64,000 nucleotides of DNA, from the IMG/VR virus record IMGVR_UViG_3300019487_000024, positions 36,410 through 100,409 of that record; one strand, 5' to 3'. Below the pieces are notes generated by a model. That model saw only the letters and a program-made list of their open reading frames with translations. It did no database searches and had not been told where the DNA came from. This document shows positions 1-8,197 of the stretch, one piece after another (within the stretch, counting starts at the first letter, position 1; each line of letters opens with the position of its first letter). A program made the position numbers and the translations under genes. This DNA comes from a virus.

Positions 1-173
1 GCTTCCCCACCCGAATTGGACAGAGTTTGTCCGCTCAAGGAAGAGCCAATGGGGTCTCCAAGGGAGTCGCAGCTTGTGCTGTAAGTGGTGTCGCACCAGA
101 TGGTTGGTTGGTGTGGCCATACCCAAGGTGGATTACCCGTATCCCACGGATCGTAGGGTGGATACGTCGGGCG

Positions 174-599
174 TCATTTTGGATAGTGATGGTGATGAAT
201 TTCAACCGGGGGTGGAGGAAGGACGATCTTCTCATCAAAGAGACGAACGCCAATTACACCAACATTTTTCTCGGAGCCATCGCTCTTGGAAGCGGCGTAG
301 GATTGGTTCTTGTAGTCAAAAACGAACTTGGCAACTTTGTCATCAGAAACACGGAAGCCATCAAAGCGAGCCGAGTTGTTTCCACTGACAACATAACCGG
401 GACCGTCTTGTTTGGCGAGCTTTCCATTCAGAATGTCAAGCCCGTCAACAGAGCAGACTGCGAGAATGCGGCTCCAATTGTTGTTTTTGATTTCAATGGC
501 ATACTCAGAGCCTTCTTTGGCTTCGATGAAAGTTTTACCTTCAAAGAAGTATTTTTTGCAGGGATTTCCATTAACCAGTATATTTATTTTGTAGGACAT
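174..599 (-). CDS. Conserved hypothetical phage protein; frame continues past an in-frame TGA to the window edge
   Basis: ORF with a beta-rich globular N-terminus (AVCSVDGLDILNG...GYVV...FDGFR...VGVIGVRLFDEK). After the TGA at 174-176 the same frame stays open for 57 codons. Confidence 0.75.
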   Translation of the reverse strand: MSYKINILVNGNPCKKYFFEGKTFIEAKEGSEYAIEIKNNNWSRILAVCSVDGLDILNGKLAKQDGPGYVVSGNNSARFDGFRVSDDKVAKFVFDYKNQSYAASKSDGSEKNVGVIGVRLFDEKIVLPPPPVEIHHHHYPK

Positions 600-688
600 A
601 GTATTTACCTTTCTTTAGTTAGAGTTAAAGATTTAGCCGCTCATACTGCGGATTTCATCTTGTTAACAATAAATACTATGTTACATTG

Positions 689-706
689 AAAGTCAACTTT
701 TTATAT
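689..706. repeat. 18-bp direct repeat, copy 1 (AAAGTCAACTTTTTATAT)
   Basis: Identical to 1378-1395; overlaps the ATG of the 705..1379 endonuclease. Confidence 0.9.
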
Positions 707-1379
707 GAAACTTGAAAAATCAAAAATCAAAAAATTGTATCAGGAAGAAAAAATGGATACGGCTGAGATTGCTAATTTACTAAACGTGAGTCAAAAAACG
801 GTATGGTATTTCATGGTTAAAAATGGAATACCCAGAAGAAACAAAAAACAAACGGGAGCAAGCGATCTTATTGGTAAACAAATCGGAGAGTTATTTGTTA
901 TTCGTCGAGCCGAAGAAGTAGAAACAAACCAAGGAACAATGTGGGAATGCAAATGTTCGTGTGGAAATACAAAGATAATTCGAGGAAGTAGTTTGACAAC
1001 GAAAAACGCAACCTCATGTGGATGTAAATGGAGGCGAGCGTCCTATGAAGAAATATCGGGGAGTTACTGGTGGGGGTTAAAGCGAAATGCCCAAAAGCGA
1101 AAGTTTGCGTTTGAAGTGACGCAACAAGAAATGTGGGAGTTGTTCTTAAAACAAAACAGACAATGTGCGTTGAGTGATGCTGAAATAGGGTTTGGAAAAG
1201 GGTTGAATAGAAATGGGCAAACGGCATCATTAGACAGGATCGATTCTTCTAAAGGTTATGTCATTGGAAATGTAAGATGGGTTCATAAAACGGTCAATCA
1301 AATGAAGTGGGATTTGTCTGACGAATCCTTTTTTCAATGGGTTCATAGAGTTGCTATGAAGTATGATATTGGAAGATAA
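705..1379 (+). CDS. Putative homing endonuclease (HTH + WECKCSCG/SCGC Zn motif + HNH-like nuclease)
   Basis: N-terminal HTH (TAEIANLLNVSQKTVW), WECKCSCG...SCGC, C-terminal CALS...ASLDRIDSSKGYVIGNVRWVHKTVNQMK. AT-rich relative to its neighbours. Confidence 0.8.
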   Translation: MKLEKSKIKKLYQEEKMDTAEIANLLNVSQKTVWYFMVKNGIPRRNKKQTGASDLIGKQIGELFVIRRAEEVETNQGTMWECKCSCGNTKIIRGSSLTTKNATSCGCKWRRASYEEISGSYWWGLKRNAQKRKFAFEVTQQEMWELFLKQNRQCALSDAEIGFGKGLNRNGQTASLDRIDSSKGYVIGNVRWVHKTVNQMKWDLSDESFFQWVHRVAMKYDIGR

Positions 1380-1395
1380 AGTCAACTTTTTATAT
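1378..1395. repeat. 18-bp direct repeat, copy 2
   Basis: Identical to 689-706; overlaps the stop codon of 705..1379. Confidence 0.9.
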
Positions 1396-1438
1396 CGAAA
1401 AACTTAAACCCGCAGTATCCCGTTTTCGATATTATAAG

Positions 1439-1467
1439 TTTACACTCGGAACAAAATGAAGTAGGAT
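1439..1467 (+). promoter_or_regulatory. Putative sigma70-type promoter for the helicase
   Basis: TTTACA-17bp-TAGGAT, 27 nt upstream of ATG 1495. Confidence 0.5.
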
Positions 1468-1494
1468 ACTGCACAACAAAACGAAGAAAAGAAT

Positions 1495-2901
1495 ATGGAA
1501 AATGGTCAAAACGAAGTGAACACACTAAAGAAGTTTGGAAACGTGTTCCAAGCCAAATGCATCGCAATCCTCATATCAGACAGAGCTTTCCTTGAACGAA
1601 TTTCGGACATTATCTCACCTGAATACTTTGAAACTGATGCCCACAAGTGGATCATCAAATTGATTGCTGAATACTTTCCTCAGTATCGTGAAATTCCTAC
1701 GATGGAAGTGTTCAAGGTTGAGATTCAAGGAATTCCCGACGAGGTTTTGAAGGCGGCAGTCTTTGAGCAAGTCAAGTCTGCTTACAAACATGTTTCCTCT
1801 ACCGACACTGAATACGTTAAGGAAACTTTCTTGGAATTCTGCCGTAACCAAAAATTGAAGAACGCAATTTGGGACGCACATGAATACTTGAAGCAAGGTG
1901 ATTACGACAACATTTGGAACGTAATCAATGAAGCATCCCGTGCCGGTATTGAGAGAAATCTCGGTCACAATTACTTTGATGACATTGAATCCCGTCACAC
2001 GGCTGCGGCTCGTGACACCATCAAGACGAATTGGACAATCATTGACACACACTTGGATGGTGGTCTTGGAAAGGGTGAACTTGGATTTATCGTTGCCCCC
2101 GCAGGTAGCGGAAAGTCTTGGTTGCTTGCTCGTCTCGGTGCCGAGGCGATGAAGCAGGGCAAAAACGTGATGCATATCACTTTGGAGTTGAACGAAAAGT
2201 ATGTCGGTCTTCGTTATGACGCCATTTTCTCTGGCATTGCATTCCAAGAAGTCCGAAAGAACGCTGATGTTGTCAAGAAACACATTGATGACATGAAGGC
2301 TCAGGGTGGTGGAAAGCTCTTCATTAAGTATTTCCCGATCAAGACCGCTTCTTCGGCAACAATCAAGATGCACATTGATCGTCTCCAATTGATTACGGGG
2401 ACAAAAATTGATTTGTTGGTCGTTGACTATGCCGATTTGCTACGTCCATTTGCCGCAGACAAAAACAGCAATTCTTACACTGAAGCAGGCGGCGTTTACG
2501 AAGAACTCCGTGGTGTATTGGGCGAACTTCAAATCCCCGGATGGACTGCTTCTCAATCAAATCGTGGTGCCCACGAAGAGGAAATCATTGAGGCACATAA
2601 CGTCGCCGACAGTTATCGCAAGATCATGACAGGTGATTTCATCATGTCGTTGTCCCGAAAGATGGAGGACAAGCTTGCGGGGACTGGACGCATCCACGTT
2701 ATGAAGAACCGCTTCGGTGCTGATGGTATTACTTACGTCTGTGAGTTTGATACGTCTTGTGGAAAGATCAACATCTTTGATTCAAAGTCCGTTGAAGGAA
2801 TGGAGATTTTGAGCAAAGCGAAATCCGAACAAGAAAACATCAAAGACATTCTCAAGAAGCGTTGGAAAGAAACGCATGGGAATGAAGATTCGTCAGAGTA
2901 A
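1495..2901 (+). CDS. Replicative DNA helicase (DnaB / T4 gp41-like)
   Basis: Walker A APAGSGKS, HITLEL, Walker B LLVVDYADLL, WTASQSNR, MKNRFG. Confidence 0.95.
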   Translation: MENGQNEVNTLKKFGNVFQAKCIAILISDRAFLERISDIISPEYFETDAHKWIIKLIAEYFPQYREIPTMEVFKVEIQGIPDEVLKAAVFEQVKSAYKHVSSTDTEYVKETFLEFCRNQKLKNAIWDAHEYLKQGDYDNIWNVINEASRAGIERNLGHNYFDDIESRHTAAARDTIKTNWTIIDTHLDGGLGKGELGFIVAPAGSGKSWLLARLGAEAMKQGKNVMHITLELNEKYVGLRYDAIFSGIAFQEVRKNADVVKKHIDDMKAQGGGKLFIKYFPIKTASSATIKMHIDRLQLITGTKIDLLVVDYADLLRPFAADKNSNSYTEAGGVYEELRGVLGELQIPGWTASQSNRGAHEEEIIEAHNVADSYRKIMTGDFIMSLSRKMEDKLAGTGRIHVMKNRFGADGITYVCEFDTSCGKINIFDSKSVEGMEILSKAKSEQENIKDILKKRWKETHGNEDSSE

Positions 2902-3017
2902 GTACAAACTTCTCAATTCATAAATCTGTCGGACAGGAAATTTTCATTCCTGTTCGAGATTAGAAATATCTACTTATACCTACGGCAAAAACAGGCAGCG
3001 AAAGAATTTTGGTAATT

Positions 3018-5642
3018 ATGGAAACAAACCCGACACGTTTTGAAGATGTCAAAAAATTAACCACTGAAGAATACTTTCAAGGAAACGATTTCAGTGTTGA
3101 TGCATTTCACAAGAAGTACTCACTTACTCCAACTGAAACTTACGTACATGCGGTCAAACGTGTGTGTGATTTCATCGCTTCGGTAGAAAAGACAGAAGAG
3201 CTTCGTCAGTATTGGAGTGCAAGGTGGTTTGACGAAATCTTCAATGATTGGTGGCATCCCGCTGGCTCAATCATGCAAGGAGCGGGTTCTGGACGAAAAA
3301 TTTCTCTCGCAAATTGCACTACGATTTCTCTTGGTGCTCGTCGTGAAGACGAAGAGTGGGACAGTCTTGAGTCCATTATCAAAAACGCCTCATATACGAT
3401 TGCAAAGTGTGCCGCCTATCGTCAAGGGTTGGGGGTTGACTTCTCACGATTACGACCCAACGGAACTCAAGTATTGAACAGTGCCAATCAGAGTACCGGA
3501 GCGGTTCATTGGATGCAATTCCAAGACAAGATTGGATACTTCGTGGGACAAAAGGGACGTATTCCTGCCATGTTATTTAGTATCTCATGCGATCACCCTG
3601 ACGTTGAGGAGTTTATCCAAGTCAAGGGTGATTACACCAAGATTCAAAACGCCAACATCAGCGTGCAATGTTCGGAAAAGTTCTACAAGGCGGTGGAAAA
3701 TGATGCTGATTGGGAATTGTATTTTGAAATCCCTGCCATCAAACAAGGCGACAAAATCTACGTTGACGTTCACAGCGTTGACATGAATTGCACCAAGGAG
3801 AAAGAGACTGGTCGTTATTATAAGGTAGCCACACATGATCGCAAGAAAGAGGCATTTACGAAGACCGTGAAGGCTCGTAAGCTCATGGAATTGATTGCGA
3901 AGAACATGCATACCAACGCCGAGCCGGGAATTCAGAACATTGACATTGCTCGTAAGTACAGCAATAGTGATGCTTTGTACGACCCGAATGACGAATACGA
4001 TTCTCGCATTCTTTCTACCAATGCTTGCTCCGAGCAATATCTTTCTCGTGAATCTCTTTGCGTTCTAGCCTCCATCAACTGTGGCAAGTTTTCCCCAAAT
4101 GTTGAGACTTACATTCATCAACTTGAAAAGATTTCCAAGTCGGTTAACCGATTCTTGGACAACGTTAACGAATGTGAATTGGCATATCAAACTTTCGCCA
4201 CACCCCATCAAGAGTTGGCAATTCGTAAACTCCGTCGCACTGGAGCAGGTTTAACTAATATAGCTGCATGGTTGTTTCGTCAGAAGCTTTCGTATGGAAG
4301 CAAAGATGCCAACGATGCGACTGAAGAGTTCACCAAATGGTATAACTACTGGCTCTATGTTTCTACAGAAGAGCTTGGTAAAGAAAAGGGAGACTTCGGT
4401 CTATTCAACAAAGAGAAGTGGCAGAATGCTCCGTTTGTTTCTCGTATCATGAAGGAGTCTGAGAAGCTTCACGCCGCTCATGGTGTTCCCGTCCTGAAAG
4501 GAACCCATGCTCGAAATGTGACCGTCAGTTCTATTGCTCCAACCGGCACCTTGTCGTTGATGTTCAGGGACTTTGTGTTTAGCTATGGAATTGAACCTGC
4601 GTTCTTTCTCTATTACTGGAAACGCACTCGTATGGCAGGAAAGTATGAGTATTACTTCTGTGTCCCACGAGTTGTCCGTGAAATGTTTGAAGAAGCGGGA
4701 CACCCGATTCCAATCGCATCAGATACCATGCGTGATGATTGGGATGGAAGGAATGGCAGACCAATTGCTGCGTTCATCGATCAACACAAGGCAAAGTTCA
4801 ATTTCAAAGACTCAACCGAAATTGATCCGCTCCGCAAGCTTGAGCTTATGTCTCAGGTCATGAAGTGGGTGGACAGTTCCATTTCAGTCACTTACATGTT
4901 GCCAATTGGCTCTTCGTGGAAGGACGTTTACAACTTCATCATGGAAGCACATCGCAAGGAAGTGAAGAGCATCGCCGCATTCCCCGACAAGAAAATGTAT
5001 GGAATTGTCTCCAGCCTGTCTTTCAAAGACTTGGCATTCAAGTTGAAGGATGAAGGCGTCTCCATTCATCATCAAAATTTCTCGGACGATGAATTGAAGG
5101 TGTTGAACCTTTCTCGTGAAAGCATTGAGCCGCACTCACATTCTATTCCAAAGCGTCTTACCACGTTGGACGCAGACATTTACGTTGTGTCCGTCAAGGG
5201 AGAAAAGTATTGCGTTGTCGTTGGATTACAAAACGGACAGCCGTACGAAATTTTTGGCGGACATTTGAATGGGTTTGGATTTAAGTTCACTCATAAGAAA
5301 GGCAAAATCATCAAGATCAAGCAAGGACAGTATTCCTTGGAGTTTGATGATATTGCTATTGAAGACTTCTCCAAGCAATTCACTCCGACCGAACAAATTC
5401 TATTCCGAATGGCATCAATGTCATTGCGGCATGGTGTTCCAATTCAATTCGTTGTGGAACAACTTCAAAAAGCAACCAACGACATTACAAGCATGGCATC
5501 CGCTGCGTCACGCTGTCTGAAAAAGTATATTCAAGACGGCACTAAGATTACAAGTCAGAAATGCCCAAGTTGCGGAAAAGAGCTTGTTTACATTGAAGGA
5601 TGCTCTACCTGTACCTCATGCGGACATAGTAAATGTAGTTGA
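3018..5642 (+). CDS. nrdJ: Class II (adenosylcobalamin-dependent) ribonucleotide reductase
   Basis: SLANC, GLGVDFSRLRP, NANISV, active-site TNACSEQ, SIAPTGTLS, GIEP, DSSISVT, C-terminal TSCPD-like region and CPSC...CTSCGHSKC Zn ribbon. No ATP cone. ATG 3018 preferred over TTG 3009. Confidence 0.9.
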   Translation: METNPTRFEDVKKLTTEEYFQGNDFSVDAFHKKYSLTPTETYVHAVKRVCDFIASVEKTEELRQYWSARWFDEIFNDWWHPAGSIMQGAGSGRKISLANCTTISLGARREDEEWDSLESIIKNASYTIAKCAAYRQGLGVDFSRLRPNGTQVLNSANQSTGAVHWMQFQDKIGYFVGQKGRIPAMLFSISCDHPDVEEFIQVKGDYTKIQNANISVQCSEKFYKAVENDADWELYFEIPAIKQGDKIYVDVHSVDMNCTKEKETGRYYKVATHDRKKEAFTKTVKARKLMELIAKNMHTNAEPGIQNIDIARKYSNSDALYDPNDEYDSRILSTNACSEQYLSRESLCVLASINCGKFSPNVETYIHQLEKISKSVNRFLDNVNECELAYQTFATPHQELAIRKLRRTGAGLTNIAAWLFRQKLSYGSKDANDATEEFTKWYNYWLYVSTEELGKEKGDFGLFNKEKWQNAPFVSRIMKESEKLHAAHGVPVLKGTHARNVTVSSIAPTGTLSLMFRDFVFSYGIEPAFFLYYWKRTRMAGKYEYYFCVPRVVREMFEEAGHPIPIASDTMRDDWDGRNGRPIAAFIDQHKAKFNFKDSTEIDPLRKLELMSQVMKWVDSSISVTYMLPIGSSWKDVYNFIMEAHRKEVKSIAAFPDKKMYGIVSSLSFKDLAFKLKDEGVSIHHQNFSDDELKVLNLSRESIEPHSHSIPKRLTTLDADIYVVSVKGEKYCVVVGLQNGQPYEIFGGHLNGFGFKFTHKKGKIIKIKQGQYSLEFDDIAIEDFSKQFTPTEQILFRMASMSLRHGVPIQFVVEQLQKATNDITSMASAASRCLKKYIQDGTKITSQKCPSCGKELVYIEGCSTCTSCGHSKCS

Positions 5643-5713
5643 GAGTGAACTTTTTTTAAGTTTACTTATCTCATTTTATATTTATTGGCATAACACTGCG
5701 TTCGTGTATTGCT

Positions 5714-6103
5714 ATGTTTGATTTAAGTATAATCATTACGGTCGTCCCACCCATTGTCACGGGCATTTTTGCCTATCTAGTTGCCCGCAAGAAAAACATT
5801 GTGGCTGAACGGATTAGCCGTGCTAAGGTTGATGCCGATGTCCAGACACAAGCCTTGGTTATTGTCCGACAAGTCATGAATGACATGCGGGACGATTTCC
5901 ATCGTGAGATGGCGGTTATGAGAACCGAGAATGAGAAACTCAGATCAGAGATTGAGGAGAACAAGTCCCGTCTTCAATCGCTCCAAGAACAGTTGTTGGC
6001 AAGTGACGAACTCATAGAAACGCTCAAATCCGAATTGTCAACCCTCAAAAAAACCTTGGCTTTGTACGAGGAAGAAATTGAACGGTTGCGAAAGGGAAGC
6101 TGA
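5714..6103 (+). CDS. Single-TM coiled-coil membrane protein (possibly holin-like)
   Basis: N-terminal hydrophobic helix (IIITVVPPIVTGIFAYLVA) followed by a long heptad coiled coil. Confidence 0.6.
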   Translation: MFDLSIIITVVPPIVTGIFAYLVARKKNIVAERISRAKVDADVQTQALVIVRQVMNDMRDDFHREMAVMRTENEKLRSEIEENKSRLQSLQEQLLASDELIETLKSELSTLKKTLALYEEEIERLRKGS

Positions 6104-6110
6104 AACAACT

Positions 6111-6425
6111 ATGACTGGTTTACTGATGAAAAAGTATCATATTGCCATTTTGGATAACGATGATGGGTTTGTTACAAAAGTGGTGGGAGCCTTAAAGCTG
6201 TGGTACAGTAACAAAATTGTGATTCAAACATACCGAGATACTCACTCCATGTTTGAAGCCGTAAGTCTTAACAAAGCCAAGAATAAGCCCTTTGATATGG
6301 CTGTGGTCAGCCCCGAACAAATGGCAGAGAGATTGATTCTTCAACGAGCCAATCCCGCTCTAAAAGTGGTCTGTTGTGAAGACGAACAAACTCTCAAAGC
6401 AGCAACCGCAAAGGTCTTGTTATAA
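6111..6425 (+). CDS. Stand-alone response-regulator receiver-like (pseudo-receiver) protein
   Basis: HIAILDNDD (beta1 acidic pocket), FDMAVVSP at the beta3 position with Ser where the phospho-Asp is expected, PALKVVCC. Confidence 0.55.
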   Translation: MTGLLMKKYHIAILDNDDGFVTKVVGALKLWYSNKIVIQTYRDTHSMFEAVSLNKAKNKPFDMAVVSPEQMAERLILQRANPALKVVCCEDEQTLKAATAKVLL

Positions 6426-6450
6426 AATCACTTTTCCTTCATCGAAGCCA

Positions 6451-6478
6451 TATTTATAAGGGTAGCGATTTATAAATA
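6451..6478 (+). promoter_or_regulatory. TATTTAT late-type promoter motif with an inverted TATAAATA copy
   Basis: TATTTATA at 6451-6458 and TATAAATA at 6471-6478, upstream of ATG 6484. Confidence 0.55.
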
Positions 6479-6483
6479 CGTCT

Positions 6484-7212
6484 ATGAACCCAGAAAATTT
6501 CCAAGGTCTGATTCGCCGCATTCTCAAAGAAGAAGTTGAGAAGCGTAGCGATACCAACAAGCCAACATATAGTCGTGTCCCCGAAGTGGTTCATGGCGAA
6601 GATTACCAGAAGAAAAAAATTTCTCCGCAGCCACGGGACACTATGACCAAGCAGGAGATGCTTGAGGACATGGACAAGGTAGTCAAAGCAATCAACAAGG
6701 AGTACATGGTCGTATGGGATGACCATGACGACATGTCAATTCATGCCAAAGACTTGTTCACGATTCGCATCATCCCCAAGTGGGAAAACAATTTCTGCAT
6801 TGAAGCAATGACCCGCAACGAAGATCGCATTTTCATCACTGGACAAAATTGGGATCAAGTCAAGGAATTCGTCAAGGTCAACTTGAAGGATGACAAGACT
6901 TCTCAAGAGATTGCTTACAACAAAGCCATTGCAAATGTCACTGGCAAGAATGACACCACTTCAAAAGCTGACAAGGATTTACCTCAGAAAGACAAACCAA
7001 AAACTTTACCGCTTACCAACGAACCTCCAAAGAAGGACAAGAACAAAGACAAGGATTACACGGAAGACTCGGTTAAGAAGGACGATGATTTGCCTGAGAA
7101 ACCAATGAAGGAAGTTAAGGATTTCGAGAAACAAATTGATCACAAAGTTAAAGACCCGGTTAAGCTTCGCCGTCGCAACCCCGACACCAAGTTGACAATT
7201 AAGCAGTCTTGA
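6484..7212 (+). CDS. Hypothetical, probable virion/internal head protein
   Basis: N-terminal LIRRILKEEVE motif, K/D-rich C-terminus, preceded by the TATTTAT motif. Confidence 0.6.
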   Translation: MNPENFQGLIRRILKEEVEKRSDTNKPTYSRVPEVVHGEDYQKKKISPQPRDTMTKQEMLEDMDKVVKAINKEYMVVWDDHDDMSIHAKDLFTIRIIPKWENNFCIEAMTRNEDRIFITGQNWDQVKEFVKVNLKDDKTSQEIAYNKAIANVTGKNDTTSKADKDLPQKDKPKTLPLTNEPPKKDKNKDKDYTEDSVKKDDDLPEKPMKEVKDFEKQIDHKVKDPVKLRRRNPDTKLTIKQS

Positions 7213-7230
7213 TTTTGATTTTCTCCACTG

Positions 7231-7260
7231 AAGGCGAGACGCAAGTCTCGCCTTTTTTAT
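7231..7260 (+). terminator. Intrinsic terminator
   Basis: AAGGCGAGAC-GCAA-GTCTCGCCTT followed by a T run. Confidence 0.85.
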
Positions 7261-7288
7261 TGACTTTGGACGGCACATGTGCCATAAT
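7260..7288 (+). promoter_or_regulatory. Sigma70-type promoter
   Basis: TTGACT-17bp-CATAAT directly after the terminator. Confidence 0.7.
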
Positions 7289-7294
7289 GCTAGA

Positions 7295-8197
7295 ATGATC
7301 AACATGGACTTTTCCAAGGCTTCCGACCTTAAACCCAAAGAGCTAATCATTAGCGATTTGAAGTGGAAGTACCTTGTCCGAGCAGTGATGCGTGCCAAGA
7401 ACATCATGATTATTGGACCTTCTGGCTGTGCAAAAACGATGGCGGCAAGGTGTGTGGCAACGGCTCTCAAACGTCCCTTTCAGAAGTTCAACATCGGTTC
7501 TACACAAGATGCCCGTGCAACTTTGATTGGCAACACGACCTACAACAAGGAGTCGGGCACCGTGTTTCATAAATCGGGGTTTGTTAAAGCAATCACTACT
7601 CCAAACACTATCGTTCTTCTTGACGAATTAACCCGTGGAACACACGACGCATGGAACATTCTCATGCCGGTTACTGATCCCACACAGCGTTGTCTTCAAT
7701 TAGACGAAGACGAAAATAGCACAGTAGTCAATGTTGCTGAAGGAGTATCGTTTATCGCCACAGCCAATATCGGCAATGAGTACACGGGAACCAAGGTGCT
7801 AGACAAAGCAAATTCTCGTCGGTTTCCAGTCAAACTTGAAATGAATCCATTGGAGCCAGACGAATTGAAAAATCTCTTTGGTATTCTTTTTAAGGATGCC
7901 ACAAGTCAACACAAAGCAACGATGAATGTTCTCGTTGAGATTTATGACGACATCATCAAGCAGTGTCAGTTAGAAGATGCGTCAATTTCTACGATTATCC
8001 CACCAGCCAACATGGTGGAAATGGCTGAACTTGTCATGGATAATTTTGACCTTGAAGAAATCGCAGAAGCGGCTATTTATCCCGAATATGGCGATGAAGG
8101 AGGGGCAGATAGCGAACGAGCGTTCGTCAAATCCATCTTGCAGAAATACTTTCCGAAAGATGTAAAGAGTCCAATCAAAGACCCTCGCCGAAAGTAA
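7295..8197 (+). CDS. MoxR/CbbQ-family AAA+ ATPase
   Basis: Walker A GPSGCAKT, Walker B VLLDELTR, FIATANIGNEY, RRF. Start uncertain (7277, 7295 or 7304). Confidence 0.9.
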   Translation: MINMDFSKASDLKPKELIISDLKWKYLVRAVMRAKNIMIIGPSGCAKTMAARCVATALKRPFQKFNIGSTQDARATLIGNTTYNKESGTVFHKSGFVKAITTPNTIVLLDELTRGTHDAWNILMPVTDPTQRCLQLDEDENSTVVNVAEGVSFIATANIGNEYTGTKVLDKANSRRFPVKLEMNPLEPDELKNLFGILFKDATSQHKATMNVLVEIYDDIIKQCQLEDASISTIIPPANMVEMAELVMDNFDLEEIAEAAIYPEYGDEGGADSERAFVKSILQKYFPKDVKSPIKDPRRK

